A stretch of DNA of 39,355 nt from Deinococcales bacterium (GTDB lineage: Bacteria; Deinococcota; Deinococci; Deinococcales; JAAFIG01): assembly GCA_043778225.1 (NCBI GenBank), contig JAYWGM010000021.1, positions 1-39,355 on the forward strand. The letters run 5' to 3'. The notes under the pieces were generated by a model that was given only the letters and a program-made list of their open reading frames with translations, had not been told where the DNA came from and did no database searches. Shown here one piece after another: positions 22,751 through 31,155 of this stretch. Position numbers and translations under genes: made by a program. How positions within the stretch are numbered: the stretch's first letter is position 1; each line of letters starts with the position of its first letter.

Positions 22751-23302
22751 ATGAAATGGATTCTGGTCGTGATTGCAGTGCTTGGGTTTGGAATGGGAGC
22801 ATATGTGTTGCTGCGCTCAGAAGTTGTGCAGACTGTGCGACTCGAGCCAGTGATGCCATTGCCAAAAAATCTCGAGCCAACCAAGGCTGCTCCAGCCCAA
22901 AATCCAGTCTCGAGCCTCAAACCCAGACCAACCAAGCCAATCGAACCAAGAAAAACGCCCATCATTCAAAATCTGCCTCGAGTGACCCAAACGCCAGTGC
23001 CGCCAGCCACTCAAACTCCCGAAACTGCAACACCAGAACCAAAAAAAACCACGTCACCAGAAGCTACTGTAGCTATCCCAAGTCTGACCGTGCGTCAAGA
23101 AGCTGGCAGTTGGCGCTTACAAGCAGGAGCGTTTCGTACCCAAGGCAACGCCGAAGCACTGAAAGCCAAAGTAATCGCTACTGGACTGATGGCTCGAGTT
23201 TCCCAAGGCGATGATGGTATTTATCGTGTTTTGGTTGGTAATTACGCCAGCAGTGCGATGGCTCGAGCCGACAGCAACAACGTCTTGAGTGCCTTGCGTT
23301 AA
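22751..23302 (+). CDS. SPOR-domain protein (membrane anchor, Pro/Thr linker)
   Basis: N-terminal hydrophobic helix, P/T/K-rich linker, C-terminal WRLQAGAF...NA..L and YRVLVG.Y SPOR pattern. Confidence 0.85.
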   Translation: MKWILVVIAVLGFGMGAYVLLRSEVVQTVRLEPVMPLPKNLEPTKAAPAQNPVSSLKPRPTKPIEPRKTPIIQNLPRVTQTPVPPATQTPETATPEPKKTTSPEATVAIPSLTVRQEAGSWRLQAGAFRTQGNAEALKAKVIATGLMARVSQGDDGIYRVLVGNYASSAMARADSNNVLSALR

Positions 23303-25887
23303 ATGACTCCAATGGCATGAATATAACCTATTCGGATGGTTCGTTCTTTAGCACCCTCAAGGGTTTTACCTGAAAAGTAGGGCGTGCTGGCAGCATACGA
23401 AACATCAGTTGGCTTGATTTTTTCGTGCTTAATTTTGCCACGGGTTTTCTCTGGATACCCATAATTGCCGTAAACGGTTTTTTCCTCATCGTATTTGATT
23501 TCAAGGCTGCGATTTTGAGCAATAGCGAGTTCGATCATCTCTCGCATTTTTCGAGTGTTCAAACCAATCTGTAGTGGGTTAAGACTTTGACTGCTGGTGG
23601 CTGTAAGGTTGGCACGCAAGGCTGCCCCAGCTTCGATACCAAGGGCTTTTAAGGCTTCTTGGAGTGATTTTTCTGAACCCGCTTTGACCAAATAGGTGGT
23701 GCTGTTGAGTTGGGTGGCTAAATGTGCCTCGAGGCTTGGATGGGTCGCAAGCGAATTGGCGAGTTCATGTTGAAAAAGTGTGGTTGGGACAAGACTGGGT
23801 TTACCAATTTTGCCTTCCCAGAGTGTTAGAAGCGCTTCAAAATGCCTTGGGATATTGCCTTTGACTCGAGCCGAAAAAGCCTCGCGGTAACTGGCGTTAA
23901 AAGCACCAGCTTGGACGGCTTGGCGATTCAAGCCATAAACCCCAGCTTTAAGAGGTATGGCAAGACTGCTCATCATCGCTCGAGCTGCTAAATCTGCACC
24001 ACCCTCGAGCTTAAATGTTCCATCGGCTTGAAAAACGATGGTGCGATTTGGCGTTCCTGAATAACGGTGAACTATGGTGTTTTTTGGAATTACCTCGACC
24101 AGCATAAAGCGTTCGCCAACCGCTCGTGCGCCAGAACTTAATTTAAGCGCAGCATCGCGTTCTTTGGAGTCATGGTACTCGAGTAAAGTTGTTTTTTCGG
24201 TCAGACTCAAGCGTTCGCGTCGCCCAGACCACTCTTGAATACTCGAGCGGACATTGCTAGGTAAGGGGGTACTCGAGTAGATGGTCAGCATTTCCAGAAT
24301 GGTTTGTACACTTAAACCTGTTTCCAAAGCACGGTAAACACTGGCTCGAGAAATCGTGTACATCGCGGTTTGGGCATCAATCCGTTGGCAATCGGCACAA
24401 GACAGGGCAGCTATGGCAAAAGCTGATAATTGATCTAAATAGACAAGCACATCAAAATTGGCTTGAACCAGTAAACTTGCTTGGGGTTTTAAGTTTGGGT
24501 TTGGTGCGCCTTGGGCAAACTGACCAATCCATTTTGCACCAACCCCTCGAGCAATCACGTATTCTGGTTTATCTTTGCTGCCTTTGGTCTCGAATGCCAC
24601 CAGCCCAATTTCGTGCAGCCTGCCAATGATTTCGTGCTTAAAAAAGCCAGGTACAGCCGTGACTGGCTTAGGGTCGCGGTACGAATAACCATCGCTTTCG
24701 CCCGAAAAATAACGCAGTACCCGTTCAAACATCGCTTTTAAGGCGGGTTCAAGCGCCACAGGATCATCGGGCAGTAAAGGAAGGCAAGCCAGCAATCCCT
24801 GCCGAGCCGCCATCACATTTGGAATACCAACCGGACGGCTGAGGTAATTCTGTTCGGTTTTGAATGGCGCAGTTAGGTACAACTCGAGGCAATTGGCATA
24901 GCGAAGCTCGAGGGGCAACATCAAAAAAGCCGACCAGTTTTGAATGTTGGGCTTTAAGCCATCAGTAGTTGGTTTTAGAAAACCAAGGGTTTGTAAGCCA
25001 TTTAAGTAAAATTCGAGGCGGCTGGCTAACCAGACACGGCGTTTGGCAAACTTAGAGAAAACCGCTTTGCTAATTTTGCCATCTTTGGTGGTACTGACCA
25101 ACCCATCCTCGAGAACCAGATTCATCACTTCAGATAACTCAAGTAAAACCTTGGCAGGATGCGTAAAAATAAGATTGCCTTTGACGGTTGTAAGCTCCAG
25201 AGGCTTGGCTTGAAGCGGGGTAACAGGTGGCAATTTTTTTAGGGCAGCTAAAATCCGAGCATCCACAAACAGTAAATCAGCTTCTGAATTTGTAGCAGTA
25301 TTTGAGCCATAATAATAACTTTGGCTAAACCACGAAGCACTTGAAGATTGTGGAATCAGCAAGCAATCGCGCAGCAACAAACCAATCAGACGAACGCCAA
25401 CTTGATTGGATAAGTTCCCACGAAAATAAGGTACGCTGGTGTTCATTTTAGGAGCGGTAAAACCAAGCCGAGCCAGTTGGGCAACCACTTCCCAGCCATT
25501 GACTGGACTGCCACGCAACGCCACATAGTCCAAAGCTGCCCGTTCTAAGTCTGTGCAGTTCTCGAGCATCGCTGTTAGGGCTTTCTCGGATTTTAAGGTT
25601 TGCAAAATGGCTTTTTGCGCCTCAGCTACCCGAGTGACTTTATTGCCCGCAACAAAACGATTGGCAACCAGTTTGATATGGTCAGCATTCATGCGTTCAA
25701 ACATCGAATCGAGCTTAACGGTTTGCTCGACTAAAGCAGGTATGGATACAGAAGCATCACCTAAAAGGCTTTGCCGTAATTGCTCAGGCATGATTGAACC
25801 CATCAGTTCTTGCAACAACAATAATTCTTTTGGGTTATCGAGTAAATCCGAAAAATCAGCCAAATCTAAGCGAGGTAATTTAGGCAT
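23299..25887 (-). CDS. XPB-associated protein: helicase-associated (Helicase_C_3-like) domain(s) plus C-terminal WYL-like domain; p52/Tfb2-like layout
   Basis: LLVQANFDV..YTISRASVYRALETG...IL..L...S..PLPSNV...I.EW parallels the N-terminus of the neighbouring XPB (LIVQADRSI..YRITPLSLWNA..SG..VPSNV). C-terminal IELAIAQNRSLEIKY..IKP..RTIRIGYI resembles WYL. Confidence 0.8.
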   Translation of the reverse strand: MPKLPRLDLADFSDLLDNPKELLLLQELMGSIMPEQLRQSLLGDASVSIPALVEQTVKLDSMFERMNADHIKLVANRFVAGNKVTRVAEAQKAILQTLKSEKALTAMLENCTDLERAALDYVALRGSPVNGWEVVAQLARLGFTAPKMNTSVPYFRGNLSNQVGVRLIGLLLRDCLLIPQSSSASWFSQSYYYGSNTATNSEADLLFVDARILAALKKLPPVTPLQAKPLELTTVKGNLIFTHPAKVLLELSEVMNLVLEDGLVSTTKDGKISKAVFSKFAKRRVWLASRLEFYLNGLQTLGFLKPTTDGLKPNIQNWSAFLMLPLELRYANCLELYLTAPFKTEQNYLSRPVGIPNVMAARQGLLACLPLLPDDPVALEPALKAMFERVLRYFSGESDGYSYRDPKPVTAVPGFFKHEIIGRLHEIGLVAFETKGSKDKPEYVIARGVGAKWIGQFAQGAPNPNLKPQASLLVQANFDVLVYLDQLSAFAIAALSCADCQRIDAQTAMYTISRASVYRALETGLSVQTILEMLTIYSSTPLPSNVRSSIQEWSGRRERLSLTEKTTLLEYHDSKERDAALKLSSGARAVGERFMLVEVIPKNTIVHRYSGTPNRTIVFQADGTFKLEGGADLAARAMMSSLAIPLKAGVYGLNRQAVQAGAFNASYREAFSARVKGNIPRHFEALLTLWEGKIGKPSLVPTTLFQHELANSLATHPSLEAHLATQLNSTTYLVKAGSEKSLQEALKALGIEAGAALRANLTATSSQSLNPLQIGLNTRKMREMIELAIAQNRSLEIKYDEEKTVYGNYGYPEKTRGKIKHEKIKPTDVSYAASTPYFSGKTLEGAKERTIRIGYIHAIGVI

Positions 25888-26194
25888 GGGTTGCCTGCAC
25901 TTTAGGCGTATGCCCAGCTTTTCGCAGCGCCTCGAGCAACGCCTTGGTATTCTGTGGCAGCACCAGCGCTTGGGTACTCGAGACGGCTGCCAGAATCAGT
26001 GGTTTAACCCGCGCATCCAGCATTAAAGACTGCAAATCAGCCGCTTCGGAAACCTCGAGTAAACTTAAATCCTGATGTGCCAAAACCTGCCCAGCTATCG
26101 GAGCGGGTTCAAACAAAGCCCCAGCTATCGGAGCGGGTTCAAACGAAGCCCCAGCTATCGGAGCAATCAAAGTTTCCTTTTTAACTCGAGCCAT
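25880..26194 (-). CDS. Small protein in the XPB operon; putative p8/Tfb5-like fold
   Basis: Starts 4 nt after the XPB stop and overlaps the next start by 8 nt. The C-terminal ~60 aa resemble the ..TTYLV....K.L.EALK..G segment of the 862-aa neighbour. Confidence 0.7.
   Translation of the reverse strand: MARVKKETLIAPIAGASFEPAPIAGALFEPAPIAGQVLAHQDLSLLEVSEAADLQSLMLDARVKPLILAAVSSTQALVLPQNTKALLEALRKAGHTPKVQATHA
26091..26164. repeat. 30-bp tandem repeat, about 2.5 copies, in frame
   Basis: CCAGCTATCGGAGCGGGTTCAAAC(A/G)AAGCC twice plus CCAGCTATCGGAGC; encodes APIAGA(S/L)FEP repeats. Confidence 0.95.
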
Positions 26195-26198
26195 GGTG

Positions 26199-27917
26199 CT
26201 AGTTTAACAGACCTGCGGGTACATCATCAAAATGCCACTCGCTTTCGTCCGAAATTCGGTAGGCATAGCCTTGTTCGGCTAAGAACAATTGCCGATGATG
26301 CGCGAAATCCTCTTCTTTGGATTCCCGAGTCACAATCGAATAAAAATGGGCGGTTTCGCCAGTTTTCTTGGGGCGCAACAACCGACCTAAACGCTGGGCT
26401 TCTTCTTGCCTCGAGCCGAACGCTCCAGAAACCTGTACCAGCACTTGGGCTTCGGGTAGGTCAAGCGCAAAATTACCAACTTTAGACAAGACAATGCGCT
26501 GAATTACCCCAGCCCGAAAACCCTCAAAAATCCGTTCGCGTTCAGTTTGTTTGGTTTCGCCAATAATTAACGGACACTCTAAATCAGCAGCAATTAACTC
26601 GAGTTGCCCGAGGTACTGCCCAATAATTAGGGTCGGGACATTGCCATGCAGTGCCAGAATGCGTTGTACCAAATCGCGTTTAACAGGATTCTCGGCAGCA
26701 ATCCGAAACTTCATGTTCTCTTCAGATACGGCGTAAGTCAGGCGCTCCTCCTCGGGCAGTCGAGTCCGCACTTCGCAGCAGACCGCCGTGGCAATCCAAC
26801 CGCGCCCCTCGAGGTCTTTCCAAGGTAAATCGTAACGCTTAGGACCAATTAAACTAAAGACATCACCTTCGCGTCCATCTTCTCGGATGAGTGTGGCGGT
26901 CAAACCAAGCCGTCTTCGCGCCTGAACCTCGGCAGTCATACGAAAGACTGGTGCGGGCAGCAAATGCACTTCGTCGTAAATGATTAAGCCCCATTCTGAG
27001 GACTTAAAAAGCTCCATATGCGGATATTCGGTTACACCCTCTTCTCGAGTCTTTTTGGATTTACGATGCGTCAGCATCTGATAAGTACACAGTGTAATTG
27101 CGGCAATGGCTTTTTTATCCGAACTGTACTCGGCAACATCATCGGGTTCTAAACGGGTTTTCTCGAGAATTTCGCGCCGCCACTGCGCCACACTGGTACG
27201 GTTGGTGGTTAAAACCAAAGTACGCTGCCCAATCAAACTCATGACCTGAATCCCAACCATGGTTTTACCACTGCCCGGCGGCAAAACGATCACACCAGAA
27301 CCACCCGATTTTGCCCCAGCTTGGTAAAACACTTCGGCAGCCTCGAGTTGATAATCTCGCACTTTGGTTCGAGATGCAAGTTCAATTGGAAACTCTAGCC
27401 CTTCGGCAAAGCCAGCCAAATCCTCAACCGGATAACCCAACTCGAGCAGCGTTTGTTTGACTACCCCCCGATTGAGAAGCGGCACCGCCACCGCAAAATC
27501 GCCTAGACCATCGCCGAGCAGCACCATTAAGCGCTTATTGCGTCGCAACTCGAGCAGCAATGCCTTATCGGATGGCTGCACCTCGAGTGCGTACTGCGTT
27601 CCAGCCTCATGCAGCTTTAAGCGCCCCCAACGCCCCGCCAATTCACGCACATCGGTCAGAACATTGCTCGGTACAGGATACTTGGCAAAATCCTCGAGTG
27701 CCACAATCATCTGTTCGGGTTTCACACCACTGGCAGTCGCATTCCACAACGACAACGGCGTAATGCGGTAAGTATGCAAATGCTCTGGCGATTTCTCGAG
27801 TTCGGCAAAAGGTGCAATCGCTGCCCGCGCAGCCTCGGCAAGCGCATTATGAACCTCGAGAAAAATACTTCGGTCGGCTTGAACTATTAAAGGATTATCA
27901 GGATTAAACGAAGCCAT
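26199..27917 (-). CDS. xpb: XPB/Rad25 (ERCC3-like) SF2 DNA helicase/translocase
   Basis: NPLIVQAD..AEL.KSPEH.HTYRIT N-terminal domain, RDYQ, PPGSGKT, DEVH, GLTATLIRED (XPB RED motif), SKVGNFALDLP and GSRQEEAQRLGRLLRPK. Confidence 0.95.
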   Translation of the reverse strand: MASFNPDNPLIVQADRSIFLEVHNALAEAARAAIAPFAELEKSPEHLHTYRITPLSLWNATASGVKPEQMIVALEDFAKYPVPSNVLTDVRELAGRWGRLKLHEAGTQYALEVQPSDKALLLELRRNKRLMVLLGDGLGDFAVAVPLLNRGVVKQTLLELGYPVEDLAGFAEGLEFPIELASRTKVRDYQLEAAEVFYQAGAKSGGSGVIVLPPGSGKTMVGIQVMSLIGQRTLVLTTNRTSVAQWRREILEKTRLEPDDVAEYSSDKKAIAAITLCTYQMLTHRKSKKTREEGVTEYPHMELFKSSEWGLIIYDEVHLLPAPVFRMTAEVQARRRLGLTATLIREDGREGDVFSLIGPKRYDLPWKDLEGRGWIATAVCCEVRTRLPEEERLTYAVSEENMKFRIAAENPVKRDLVQRILALHGNVPTLIIGQYLGQLELIAADLECPLIIGETKQTERERIFEGFRAGVIQRIVLSKVGNFALDLPEAQVLVQVSGAFGSRQEEAQRLGRLLRPKKTGETAHFYSIVTRESKEEDFAHHRQLFLAEQGYAYRISDESEWHFDDVPAGLLN

Positions 27918-27924
27918 TGTTTAG

Positions 27925-27930
27925 ATTATA
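27925..27930 (-). promoter_or_regulatory. Consensus -10 box (TATAAT) of the probably leaderless xpb operon
   Basis: ATTATA on + is TATAAT on -, 7 nt upstream of the xpb ATG; no SD. Confidence 0.65.
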
Positions 27931-27934
27931 ACGG

Positions 27935-29011
27935 CTAAACTGGGTCATGAATTCGACCGTTGCGTCCGTTCAGTAAACCACCCTTAAAACCACGGCGTAC
28001 CGCAAGTAACTCTGCCATGATTGCAATGGCAACTTCGTTGGGGCTTTCTGCGCCAATGTCCACGCCAATTGGATTGCGAACATGAGCCAAATTTCCCATG
28101 CTGCTTGAGCGCATTTTATCAAACCGTTCTTTTGGACCTAACACCCCAACATACGGCACATCCTGACCTAAAATCCACTCGAGACAAGCTGTGTCACGTT
28201 CCAAATGATGATTCATTAAAATTGCAAATGTCCGCTTAGAAACCTCGAGTCTCGAGTCAAATTCAGTCGTATGAGCCAAAACTAATTCGCAATTTGGAAA
28301 TCGAGTCGCATTCAAAAATGCACCTCGAGCATCCACAATTCGCACAGCCCAACCCAATGCTACGGCTTGGGCTGCAAGCGGAATGGCATCGTGACCAGCC
28401 CCAAAAATCAGCAACTCGGGGGCTGGACTGCTGGTGTCAAAAAACCAATCTGAAGTATGCCGTAATGTATCAATGGACTTGGTTTCTGCCCGAGGGTACA
28501 ATGAAGCCATCATCTCGAGTCCGATGTCACGAATACTTTGCATAATCACAGGGTCAGTTATGCCCTCGAGCCGACCATCTGAATGCACCAGCACTCTCTG
28601 GAAATCTGCAACATCCAAACCAACGGCTGCCACTGCCAGTTCTCCACGCTCGAGCAACCCAAGCCAAGACTCGAGCAGCCCATTATTTTCGAGCGGTTCG
28701 ATCAAGATGTCCACGCTGCCGCCACAACCAATGCCCAAACCCCACATTGCATCTTCGGAGAGGTCGTAAGACACCACTTTGGCAGAGTTCGACTCGATAA
28801 GCTCTACCGCAACCGCTACGACCTCAGCCTCGAGACACCCACCGGACAGCATACAGACGTAATCGCCATCCTCTCGAATCAGCATTTTTGCGCCTTCACG
28901 CCGGTAAGCACTGCCACGTACCCGCACCACGGTCGCCAGCGCCACCCGCACACCATCGGCTTTGGCGGCTCGAGTCGCCTCGAGAATTTCTTTAATTTCG
29001 CGTTGTTCCAT
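27935..29011 (-). CDS. xdhC: XdhC/CoxI family molybdenum-cofactor insertion chaperone
   Basis: ALATVVRVRGSAYRREGAKM, SGGCLE, GIGCGG, FGAGHDA, Y.G.LGP and P.G.DIGAESP.E.AIAI.AE. Start at ATG 29011, 7 nt after TATTCT. Confidence 0.92.
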   Translation of the reverse strand: MEQREIKEILEATRAAKADGVRVALATVVRVRGSAYRREGAKMLIREDGDYVCMLSGGCLEAEVVAVAVELIESNSAKVVSYDLSEDAMWGLGIGCGGSVDILIEPLENNGLLESWLGLLERGELAVAAVGLDVADFQRVLVHSDGRLEGITDPVIMQSIRDIGLEMMASLYPRAETKSIDTLRHTSDWFFDTSSPAPELLIFGAGHDAIPLAAQAVALGWAVRIVDARGAFLNATRFPNCELVLAHTTEFDSRLEVSKRTFAILMNHHLERDTACLEWILGQDVPYVGVLGPKERFDKMRSSSMGNLAHVRNPIGVDIGAESPNEVAIAIMAELLAVRRGFKGGLLNGRNGRIHDPV

Positions 29012-29073
29012 TAGAAAAAGAATACAACGAAAAAGAGGCTCGAAATCTTCTCGAGCCTCCAATTCACTAAACT

Positions 29074-29913
29074 TCAAAGTCTCGAGATGGCGTACTCAGC
29101 AATTTTTTGAGGAATGTTGACACCTGTGGTGGTCACACTGTTCTTAAATTCCATGGTGTGATTGACTTCGATGACCAATAAGCCACGCACTGGGTCTTCG
29201 ACCAAATCCACTGCCACCACTGCCCCGCCAACCGCTACAGCACTGCGTTCGGCAAGGCTTGCCAGTTCTGCCGTCACCTCGCAATTCTCGGCTTTACCGC
29301 CCCGCGCCGTATTCGTAATCCAGTGGCTCGAGTTGCGGTAAATTGCCGCAATGCACTTGCCCGAAGCCACAAATGCCCGAATGTCGCGCATCGGTTTATC
29401 AATGATTTCTTGGATATAAAAAATCTGGTGTTGATACCCGCCCAGCACTTCTTTATGCTCGAGAATGGATTCGGCAGCGTCACGGTCATTGATTTTAGAC
29501 AGTAAGCGCCCCCAAGAACCAACGGGCGGCTTCATGATGACGGGATAGCCCATATCTTCGATCACCTCGAGCGCTTTTTCGGTGTCAAAAGCCACTTGGG
29601 TGCGCGGTGTGGGAATTTTGTGCTTGGCTAAAAGCGCATTGGTCACGAGCTTATCACCGCAATTGGCAATCACATGGCTGGGATTCACCACATCCACCCC
29701 CCAAGCCTCGAGACTGGCAGCAATCGCGTAGCCTCGAGACTGCGAGACACAACGCTCAATCACGACTTTCCATTTAGGAGAATCGCCGTGAAAATCAAAA
29801 CTAAGATGTGGCGCGTAGACTTTATCGTACTCGACACCAAGTCCGTCCAGCGCTGCAAACAGCATTTTTTCGTCCTCTCGGACGCGATCATAAATCAGGG
29901 CAAGGTCAGCCAT
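29074..29913 (-). CDS. lysX: Alpha-aminoadipate--LysW ligase (RimK-family ATP-grasp)
   Basis: [45 protein letters not shown] and [11 protein letters not shown]; adjacent to lysW. Confidence 0.96.
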   Translation of the reverse strand: MADLALIYDRVREDEKMLFAALDGLGVEYDKVYAPHLSFDFHGDSPKWKVVIERCVSQSRGYAIAASLEAWGVDVVNPSHVIANCGDKLVTNALLAKHKIPTPRTQVAFDTEKALEVIEDMGYPVIMKPPVGSWGRLLSKINDRDAAESILEHKEVLGGYQHQIFYIQEIIDKPMRDIRAFVASGKCIAAIYRNSSHWITNTARGGKAENCEVTAELASLAERSAVAVGGAVVAVDLVEDPVRGLLVIEVNHTMEFKNSVTTTGVNIPQKIAEYAISRL

Positions 29914-29921
29914 AAATGAAA

Positions 29922-29952
29922 CCGTGGGGCGAGGCGTGCCTCGCCCCTACGG
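29922..29952 (-). repeat. GTAG-type REP-like palindrome between lysW and lysX
   Basis: On the - strand: CCGTAGGGGCGAGG-CACG-CCTCGCCCCACGG. Confidence 0.75.
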
Positions 29953-30126
29953 TTATTCTCCCCAGTCCTCGCCCTCTTGTGGGGCGGCTTCTAAACGTGG
30001 TGGCTCGAGACTAACAACTTCAAATTCCGCACCAGTTTCGTCGTCAATCACGATTTCCCCCAGTTCGGGATTGTCGAGTTCAATGATTGCTCCGGATTCT
30101 GGGTTTTCAAACTTTATTTTTGCCAT
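29953..30126 (-). CDS. lysW: Amino-group carrier protein LysW (Cys-free variant)
   Basis: 57 aa, acidic, ends in EDWGE; AAGGAG SD upstream of ATG 30126. Confidence 0.95.
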   Translation of the reverse strand: MAKIKFENPESGAIIELDNPELGEIVIDDETGAEFEVVSLEPPRLEAAPQEGEDWGE

Positions 30127-30145
30127 AGGTACTCCTTTTGTTATT

Positions 30146-30424
30146 CTAATTGTCCTCAAGGACAAAAGAAAATTGGCAGTCTGGACAAGTGACTTTTCCA
30201 AGCTCGAGGTCGAGTTCTCCGAGCGCTAAGAAACTACCGCATTTGGGGCATTCGGTGCTATAGCCTAGCGGCTCGAATTCGGGTGGCTCGAGACTGGTGA
30301 CTTCGAGTTCTGCGCCACATGAATTGCAACCAAGGATGTCACCCAACTGGAATTCCTTCCAGTCGGCAGCACTAATTTCGAGTTCTTCAAAGCAATCTGG
30401 ACAAGTTACAATAAGCGAGTTCAT
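30146..30424 (-). CDS. LysW-like double zinc-ribbon protein (LysV-like)
   Basis: Four CxxC pairs. First half is LysW-like (CNSCGAELEVTSLEPP) but lacks EDWGE; lies immediately before lysW, as lysV does in Thermus. Confidence 0.75.
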   Translation of the reverse strand: MNSLIVTCPDCFEELEISAADWKEFQLGDILGCNSCGAELEVTSLEPPEFEPLGYSTECPKCGSFLALGELDLELGKVTCPDCQFSFVLEDN

Positions 30425-31155
30425 TCAATAACCTCTAAAATTTGCAGCAACGACCGCAAAACCAATTCGGCTATTAAAGCATCAAAAGCTGCCATATCAC
30501 CAGTGTTGGCTGCCTCGAGTGCATCGTAATACCGCGCCCGAACCGAAAGTGGGACTAGCACAGGCGGAAATCCTGCCCGCAGCAAATGCAAATTCATCAG
30601 TAATCGCGCTGTGCGACCATTACCATCAGCGAACGGATGAATATGCACCAAACCAAAATGAACTCGAGCCGCCTGAACAACAATGTGATCTTTGTAATCA
30701 TGTATTTGCTGCACGAACTCCTGCATTAAATCAGGGACTTTTAAGGGATTCGGGAAGATTCGACTCGAGCCTACCACCCGAACTCGGGTATCACGGTAAT
30801 ATCCAGCATCCAAATCCTGAATACCTGTCAAAATTAGTTTATGCAGTTCGAGAATTTCAGTCTCGAGTAAAGCCGATTTTTGCATTGCCAATTTGGTCAT
30901 CAGACGCATGGCACTGCGGTGATTAACGACCTCGAGATGCTCACGCAAAGGCTTACCGCCAATGGTGATGCCATCGAGCAGAATGGCTTTGGTTTCTCCA
31001 AGCGTTAAGGTATTGCCTTCAATCGCATTGCTGTGATACGTGTGCGTGACTTCCCAATCTAAGCGCAAAGCCGTAAGCAAACGAGGCTCGAGCGGTAAGG
31101 CGGCATCCCAACGCGCTTTGAGACCATTTATCTGCTCGAGTAAAGTTAAAAGCAT
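30421..31155 (-). CDS. Fic-domain protein (class II, N-terminal inhibitory motif)
   Basis: Canonical HPFADGNGRTAR; SNAIEGN (S/TxxxEG/N) motif N-terminal to it. Confidence 0.93.
   Translation of the reverse strand: MLLTLLEQINGLKARWDAALPLEPRLLTALRLDWEVTHTYHSNAIEGNTLTLGETKAILLDGITIGGKPLREHLEVVNHRSAMRLMTKLAMQKSALLETEILELHKLILTGIQDLDAGYYRDTRVRVVGSSRIFPNPLKVPDLMQEFVQQIHDYKDHIVVQAARVHFGLVHIHPFADGNGRTARLLMNLHLLRAGFPPVLVPLSVRARYYDALEAANTGDMAAFDALIAELVLRSLLQILEVIE

Noticed and set aside
26091..26164. Possible CRISPR array (30-bp repeats)
   Set aside because: The repeats are head-to-tail with no spacers, lie in frame inside a CDS, and no cas genes are present.
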